Positions 27,056-32,000 of a DNA stretch of 32,000 bases are shown here, in pieces. The notes beneath the pieces are model-generated. The model made no database searches and was not told where the DNA came from. It was given only the letters and a program-made list of their open reading frames with translations. A program made the position numbers and the translations under genes. Numbering within the stretch: the stretch's first letter is position 1; each line of letters opens with the position of its first letter. The DNA comes from an uncultured archaeon (GTDB lineage Archaea > Asgardarchaeota > Thorarchaeia > Thorarchaeales > CAZPUN01): positions 30,001 through 62,000 of the forward strand of contig CAZPUN010000023.1 of the NCBI GenBank assembly GCA_964589775.1, read 5' to 3'.

Positions 27056-27510
27056 TCTAAGGTCGCTCCTTGTTCCTTTTGATTTAAATAGAAGAAACAT
27101 CTATTAACAGTGTTTATATTTTGCTTATAAATTTTCACGTTAATATATCATTTTTTATATCTTTATATCTATTTTTTAGATTTATTCGGTAAATATTTTA
27201 TACTTTTGTGATGATTACAATGTTTAGTGGGCTTTTTATGTTATGTTTGTAAGATTAATTACGTGATTTTTAATTTATACTTTTTATAATAGCGCCAAAA
27301 ATCATTTTTAATAAATTTTTGATTACAAAATGTATCTTATTATTTTATTATCTGCTATTTTATTTTTTAATTTTCTTTATATTGTATATATTTATTCAAT
27401 GCTTACTATCTGCATATTATTTCGTTCTAAAACTGACATTTTATTAATGAATGCGAACGCCAAAACGAAAGATTTAATGATATGAACAACAATCTTTTAA
27501 CTAAAAAGAA

Positions 27511-27527
27511 ACACAATTTGATTGTGT
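27511..27527. promoter_or_regulatory. Inverted repeat ACACAAT-ttg-ATTGTGT just downstream of a TATA-like TTTTAA; candidate operator of the nuoJ-M operon
   Basis: Perfect 7-3-7 palindrome about 30-45 nt upstream of ATG 27555. Confidence 0.45.
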
Positions 27528-27554
27528 AATAAAAAAACACGGGGAACGCGGACT

Positions 27555-27824
27555 ATGGAAATATTGGAACTCATACAAATTGGGTTCATGGTACTTACAG
27601 TAGTGTTCGTCATAGTTGCCCTTGAATATAAAGACATAATATATTCGTTAGTTGCCTTTGCAGCGGCTAATGCCTCACTGGGTATATTGTTCTTATTCCT
27701 GGGTGTTGTATTTGTAGCATTAATTCAATTCAGTGTGTTTGCAGTTGCAATCGTTGTACTTGCTTTGGCAACATTAGGTATGATCGGAAATCATGACGAA
27801 CGATTTGATGAACCCAGAAAATAA
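27555..27824 (+). CDS. NuoJ-like subunit, N-terminal half
   Basis: Three TMs; DIIYSLVAF and FVALIQFSVFAVAIVVL correspond to the NuoJ Q..VY.GAI.VL region. Confidence 0.8.
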   Translation: MEILELIQIGFMVLTVVFVIVALEYKDIIYSLVAFAAANASLGILFLFLGVVFVALIQFSVFAVAIVVLALATLGMIGNHDERFDEPRK

Positions 27825-27839
27825 GAGGTGACTAGGCTA

Positions 27840-28124
27840 ATGAAATATAAAATTGTGTCTGCCATATTATGTATTTTGATCCTAATACTGATATTGCCAG
27901 TTATACTTAATTTTCCGCTTTTTCAATTAGGATCGCCAGTAACGACCATACCTGTAGAAAATTTTGGTCAAATTGGTCATTTACTGGGTGAGTATCTTTG
28001 GACATATCGCGCTCCAGATGTGATTGCACAAGCTTTTATTATATTTGCAGCATCATGGGGCATTTCTGCACTATTTAGAGGTTCTGAGGAGGATTCAACA
28101 TGTCAATGTTCAACTTCTACTTAA
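27840..28124 (+). CDS. NuoJ C-terminal-half-like / MbhE-like small membrane subunit
   Basis: N-terminal TM, then IGHLLGEYLWTYRAPDVIAQAFIIFAA; GAGGTGA SD. Confidence 0.7.
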   Translation: MKYKIVSAILCILILILILPVILNFPLFQLGSPVTTIPVENFGQIGHLLGEYLWTYRAPDVIAQAFIIFAASWGISALFRGSEEDSTCQCSTST

Positions 28125-28423
28125 TTACTGCAGCTGTTTTGTACTTTCTAGGTTTCTATGGTCTAGCGAGTACAAAAAACATGATAAAAATTGTAATATC
28201 TCTGGAAGTACTCGTTATGGCTGTAAATCTGAATTTCATAACATTTGCAGCATTTGCTAATGGTGGTGTTGTTGGACTTGTGGATCCATTTGTACAGACC
28301 TTCGTTGTGATCTCTATTTTCATCGGTGGTGCAATAGCTGCAATAGCATTATCTCTGATTTGGAACGCTTACAAGCATTATGGCACACTAGATGTTAGAG
28401 AGTTGAGCAGATTGAAAGAATAG
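28100..28423 (+). CDS. nuoK: NuoK / MnhC-like subunit
   Basis: NMIKIVISLEVLVMAVNLNF and YKHYGTLDV. Confidence 0.85.
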   Translation: MSMFNFYLITAAVLYFLGFYGLASTKNMIKIVISLEVLVMAVNLNFITFAAFANGGVVGLVDPFVQTFVVISIFIGGAIAAIALSLIWNAYKHYGTLDVRELSRLKE

Positions 28424-28435
28424 GGAGGCTAGGTT

Positions 28436-30382
28436 ATGATTGAAGGTGCACCATATTTAGTATTTGTAATTCCGTTACTTGGCGCGCTCATTACTCCCCT
28501 TACTGCAAAAATTCATCCCAAGGTACGAGACTTTACTGCAGTTATTCTTGTATTTTTGTCTGGTGTAATGGCATTATCCATGCTTCCAGATGTACTTGCA
28601 GGATACACTGGCGAAATATCTGTACTTTGGATGCGAATATCCCCTACTGTAGTAATTGAAGCGGGAGTTATCGTTGATCCATTAAGCGTATTTCTAGCAT
28701 TAATTGCAACATGCATCGGCGCGCTCATTATGCTTTACAGTTTAGGTTATATGAAGGGCGATAAATCCTTAACCCGTTATTGGTTCTGGATGCAATTGTT
28801 TATTGGTGGAATGGTTCTGCTTGTTATGGCCAACAACTTCCTGCAGTTATTTGTAGGATGGGAAGTTGTAGGTATGTGTTCGTATGCGCTGATTGGATTT
28901 TGGTATGATAAGACCGAACCAAGTCCTGTTCCTGATTATCAATTCGAAGGCCAATACAACTCATATTGCGGAATGAAAGCTTTTATCGTCACACGAATTG
29001 GTGATATTGGTCTTCTCAGTGCAATATTGATTATCTTTGCAGTTAGCGGAACCTTCAATTTTCATCAATTGGAATCTAATGGATTCGGTTGGATGACCAA
29101 CCTTGTACATCTTGGTATATTGCCGATTGTACTAGTATTATTGTTTGGTGGTGCTATCGGGAAGTCTGCACAATTTCCGCTTCATGTATGGTTACCTGAA
29201 GCAATGGCAGGTCCTACTACAGTATCTGCATTAATTCATGCGGCAGCAATGGTAAAGGCTGGTGTTTACTTAGTCGCTAGAGTTGTACCAATCTTTATGG
29301 CCGCCGCAGAAGCTGGTGTGATTGGAGTAGATGTTTTCTTTACAACAGTAGCTTGGATTGGTGCATTTACTGCATTTCTAGCAGCATCTATGGCACTTGT
29401 ACAGACAGAAATTAAGAAAGTTCTAGCATACTCGACTGTATCTCAACTAGGATACATGTTTCTTGCACTTGGAGTATCCGGATTAATTGCAGAAAGTACG
29501 GTTGCATACTTTGCGGGGTTATTCCACCTACTTAGTCACGCATTGTTCAAGGCACTCTTGTTCCTTGGTGCTGGTGCAGTTTTGCACTCAGTTCATTCTA
29601 AAGATATGCGTGATATGGGTGGTCTTCGTAAAGAAATGAAGATTACATTTGCCACATTTCTTGTAGGTGCCTTCTCTCTCAGTGGAATTCCTCCATTTAT
29701 GGGATTCTTCAGTAAGGAATTGATCCTTGATGCACTATGGGAAAGTGGTCACACAATATTATTCTTGATCGCTGTAATCACTGCATTGTTTACAGTATTC
29801 TATTCATTCAGGATGGTCGGTCTTACATTCTTTGGTGAAAAGAGTGAACATATCAAGAAAATGGAAGCTGAAGGCAAGCATATACACGAAGCTCCTGCTG
29901 TAATGTGGATCCCCCTTGTAATTCTTGCCGGTTTCAGTGTGATTGGTGGATTCTTACAACCCAATATTGTACAGTATTTCCACCTTGAGCATGCCAGTGA
30001 AATTCCATTCCTACAAATTGGCATTCCTACATTGGCAACTGCATTGGTTGTGATCGGTGGTTTAGTTCCTGCATGGTGGCTGTACATTGCTAGAAAGAGT
30101 GATCCTGCAAAATTCACAATTAAACCAATTCAAACATTCTTAGTCAACAGATGGTATATCGATGCATTCTACAAGAAAGTGTTTGTAGGTGGAACATTAA
30201 AGATCGCCTCTGGAATTAATTATCTTGAGAAGCAGTTTAACAGGCTCAATGTTGCTGTTGGAAATGGTATGAGCCGTGTATCTAGGGGCTTTGCAAAGAC
30301 ACAAACAGGAATCCTAAGCGTTAATATTCTTGGAATGCTGCTTGGGATTGTTCTATTCCTGTTGTTCTTGCTGTATCTGTAG
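28436..30382 (+). CDS. nuoL: NuoL-like antiporter subunit
   Basis: GWEVVGMCSYALIGFW, KAFIVTRIGD, KSAQFPLHVWLPEAMAGPTTVSALIHAA, LAYSTVSQLGY and HALFKALLFL. Confidence 0.95.
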   Translation: MIEGAPYLVFVIPLLGALITPLTAKIHPKVRDFTAVILVFLSGVMALSMLPDVLAGYTGEISVLWMRISPTVVIEAGVIVDPLSVFLALIATCIGALIMLYSLGYMKGDKSLTRYWFWMQLFIGGMVLLVMANNFLQLFVGWEVVGMCSYALIGFWYDKTEPSPVPDYQFEGQYNSYCGMKAFIVTRIGDIGLLSAILIIFAVSGTFNFHQLESNGFGWMTNLVHLGILPIVLVLLFGGAIGKSAQFPLHVWLPEAMAGPTTVSALIHAAAMVKAGVYLVARVVPIFMAAAEAGVIGVDVFFTTVAWIGAFTAFLAASMALVQTEIKKVLAYSTVSQLGYMFLALGVSGLIAESTVAYFAGLFHLLSHALFKALLFLGAGAVLHSVHSKDMRDMGGLRKEMKITFATFLVGAFSLSGIPPFMGFFSKELILDALWESGHTILFLIAVITALFTVFYSFRMVGLTFFGEKSEHIKKMEAEGKHIHEAPAVMWIPLVILAGFSVIGGFLQPNIVQYFHLEHASEIPFLQIGIPTLATALVVIGGLVPAWWLYIARKSDPAKFTIKPIQTFLVNRWYIDAFYKKVFVGGTLKIASGINYLEKQFNRLNVAVGNGMSRVSRGFAKTQTGILSVNILGMLLGIVLFLLFLLYL

Positions 30383-30393
30383 GAGGTGCAGAG

Positions 30394-31908
30394 ATGGTTC
30401 TATTTAACATACCCATTATTTCACAATATCCTTTGATGATTACTATTGCGTTACTGGTACTCGGTGCCATTCTTGCTGCGGTAAGCGGACGGAAATCCTC
30501 AAAGAGTGCAGCATCGGTTTCAGCACTATTTATACTATTTGCGTTAATTATCAATTTCATACTGTTATATGATATATTGCAAGACCCCCAGACCGGATTT
30601 CTTAGCGGCCCATATCCGTGGCTAAGTATTTTCGATGTAAATCTTGGCTTCTGGGCTGATGGCTTAAGTTTGCCTATAGTGGTTATGATTCTTGGTCTTA
30701 GCTTTGTTGCAATACTTTACAGTCATATATTCATGAAGGAAATGAAGCGTCCTCAGACTTATTATAGTTTGATGATGCTCTTCATTGCAGCAATGATCGG
30801 AACATTATACTCTACAAACTTGTTGCAATTTTTCGCATTCTATGAATTCATGCTCTTTCCAAGTACTGCAATATTGATCTGGTATGGTACATCCGAGAAT
30901 TATGAAGAACGTAAAAAGAATGGTTTGAAGTTCTTTGTTTGGACCAATTTTGGTGCATTAGCCTTAATGGTTGGATTAGCTGCAATCATTCTTGTTACGG
31001 GTTCTACAGACTTACTTTCTATTGCATGGAGTCTCGGTACAGTTCCCGCAAATCTTATGGGTCTTGTACAAATTGGAGCATTACTAATTGTTCTCGGATT
31101 TGGTGTAAAGATGGCAATATTCCCACTCCATATGTGGGCACCCACAACGTACAAAGAAGCACCATTACCGTTACTATTGCTTCTAAGTGCTGCAATGACA
31201 AAAACTGCAGCTTATGGAATTGCACGTATTGCTATTCCATTATTTGCACCAAACTTGGTATCATATACTAATGGATTACTTGTAGTTTCATTAATTACAA
31301 TGTATTATGGTGCTCTGGCAGCATTAGCGCAAAAGGACCTCAAAATGATGTTGGCTTACTCATCAATTTCTCAACTTGGGTATCTAATGTACGGTTATGC
31401 TACATTGAATATCTATGGTGTTGAAGGTGGTGTATTCCACATACTCAATCATGGTCTTTTGATGGGTATTATGTTTGTAGCTGCTGGAGTCATAAAAATG
31501 CAGACTGGAACACTTGAGTTTGATAAACTCGGTGGATTAGCAAAGAAAATGCCAGTTACTGCAGTAGCATTTGTAACTGCTGCATTAGCTTTAGCCGGAA
31601 CTCCCCCATTAAACGCATTCGCAAGTGAGTGGCTTATCTTTGAAGGGAGTGCTGCAGCAGGACACTTCTGGCTAACAGTATTTGCTATTATCGCAACTGG
31701 TCTGACCGCTGGATATTATCTATGGGCTGTCCGCCGTATATTCTTTGGTGTAGTTCCAGATGAGCTATCTGATGTCACTGATGGTCCCAAGCCATTATTA
31801 TACGCTATGTTAATACTGACAGCTGTGATTGTGCTGATCGGTATCTTTCCGAACAGCATATTACACTACATACAGCCGTTTCTAACGGCTATTGTCGGAG
31901 GAGGTTAA
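30394..31908 (+). CDS. nuoM: NuoM-like antiporter subunit
   Basis: DGLS, FYE, VKMAIFPLHMW, LAYSSISQLG, NHG, LGGLAKKMP and GTPPLNAFASE. Confidence 0.9.
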   Translation: MVLFNIPIISQYPLMITIALLVLGAILAAVSGRKSSKSAASVSALFILFALIINFILLYDILQDPQTGFLSGPYPWLSIFDVNLGFWADGLSLPIVVMILGLSFVAILYSHIFMKEMKRPQTYYSLMMLFIAAMIGTLYSTNLLQFFAFYEFMLFPSTAILIWYGTSENYEERKKNGLKFFVWTNFGALALMVGLAAIILVTGSTDLLSIAWSLGTVPANLMGLVQIGALLIVLGFGVKMAIFPLHMWAPTTYKEAPLPLLLLLSAAMTKTAAYGIARIAIPLFAPNLVSYTNGLLVVSLITMYYGALAALAQKDLKMMLAYSSISQLGYLMYGYATLNIYGVEGGVFHILNHGLLMGIMFVAAGVIKMQTGTLEFDKLGGLAKKMPVTAVAFVTAALALAGTPPLNAFASEWLIFEGSAAAGHFWLTVFAIIATGLTAGYYLWAVRRIFFGVVPDELSDVTDGPKPLLYAMLILTAVIVLIGIFPNSILHYIQPFLTAIVGGG

Positions 31909-31912
31909 ATAA

Positions 31913-32000
31913 ATGTTCGAAGAATTATTCCCGGTTGAACTGCTCCCCGTACTTCCAATAATCATTCCATTAGTTGCAGCATTAATTGTAGCTCTTGTAG
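31913..32000 (+). CDS. Next membrane subunit of the complex (NuoN/MrpD-like), 3' partial
   Basis: GGAGG SD followed by MFEELFPVELLPVLPIIIPLVAALIVALV..., open to the window end. Confidence 0.6.
   Translation, partial: MFEELFPVELLPVLPIIIPLVAALIVALV

Noticed and set aside
27208-27260. C/D-box sRNA (GTGATGA C box; a similar ATGATGA lies at 1094)
   Set aside because: No suitably spaced CTGA D or D' boxes follow.
27056-27554. Replication origin or CRISPR leader
   Set aside because: No ORB-like elements, cdc6 gene, regular repeats or cas genes are visible.
546-31271. Many 60-184 aa ORFs in the track nested in or antisense to well-supported genes (e.g. 13728-14222, 18300-18854, 23806-24219, 30939-31271)
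   Set aside because: Shadow frames of real genes, with Ser/Phe/Ile-biased composition and no motifs.
1-32000. Selenocysteine readthrough, inteins or programmed frameshifts
   Set aside because: All recognised proteins are of expected length, with no internal TGA at catalytic Cys positions and no intein-sized insertions. The split J halves each have their own start and SD-like sequence.

Overview
Compact, AT-rich archaeal chromosomal window, probably from an Asgard archaeon. That placement is an inference from the GGGP synthase, aIF1, type II MetAP, Rpo12, EndA, PAC2 chaperone, a stand-alone roadblock protein and a Get3-type ATPase. Both edges carry complex I-like or group-4-hydrogenase-like membrane genes: the end of an H-I run at the left, and split J-K-L-M plus a partial gene at the right. 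Between them lie housekeeping genes, an ABC-2 exporter, a block of small uncharacterised Zn/Cys-rich proteins and a glycosyltransferase cluster. Three short ORFs missing from the ORF track were found by hand: Rpo12 and two single-TM microproteins. The main leads are (1) a unit of a catalytically degenerate transcarbamylase, a Get3-like ATPase and a tail-anchor-like microprotein; (2) a possible autoregulatory arrangement at aIF1 (GUG start, competing out-of-frame AUG, flanking repeat and palindrome); (3) a PqqD/RRE-like, Zn-ribbon coiled-coil and Cys-rich gene block; (4) a TRAM radical SAM protein with a Cys-rich insertion splitting its CxxxCxxC motif; and (5) related ACAAT-half-site palindromes upstream of electron-transport genes. 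No rRNA, tRNA, CRISPR array or mobile element was recognised. All product calls come from motif recognition by eye; no searches were run.
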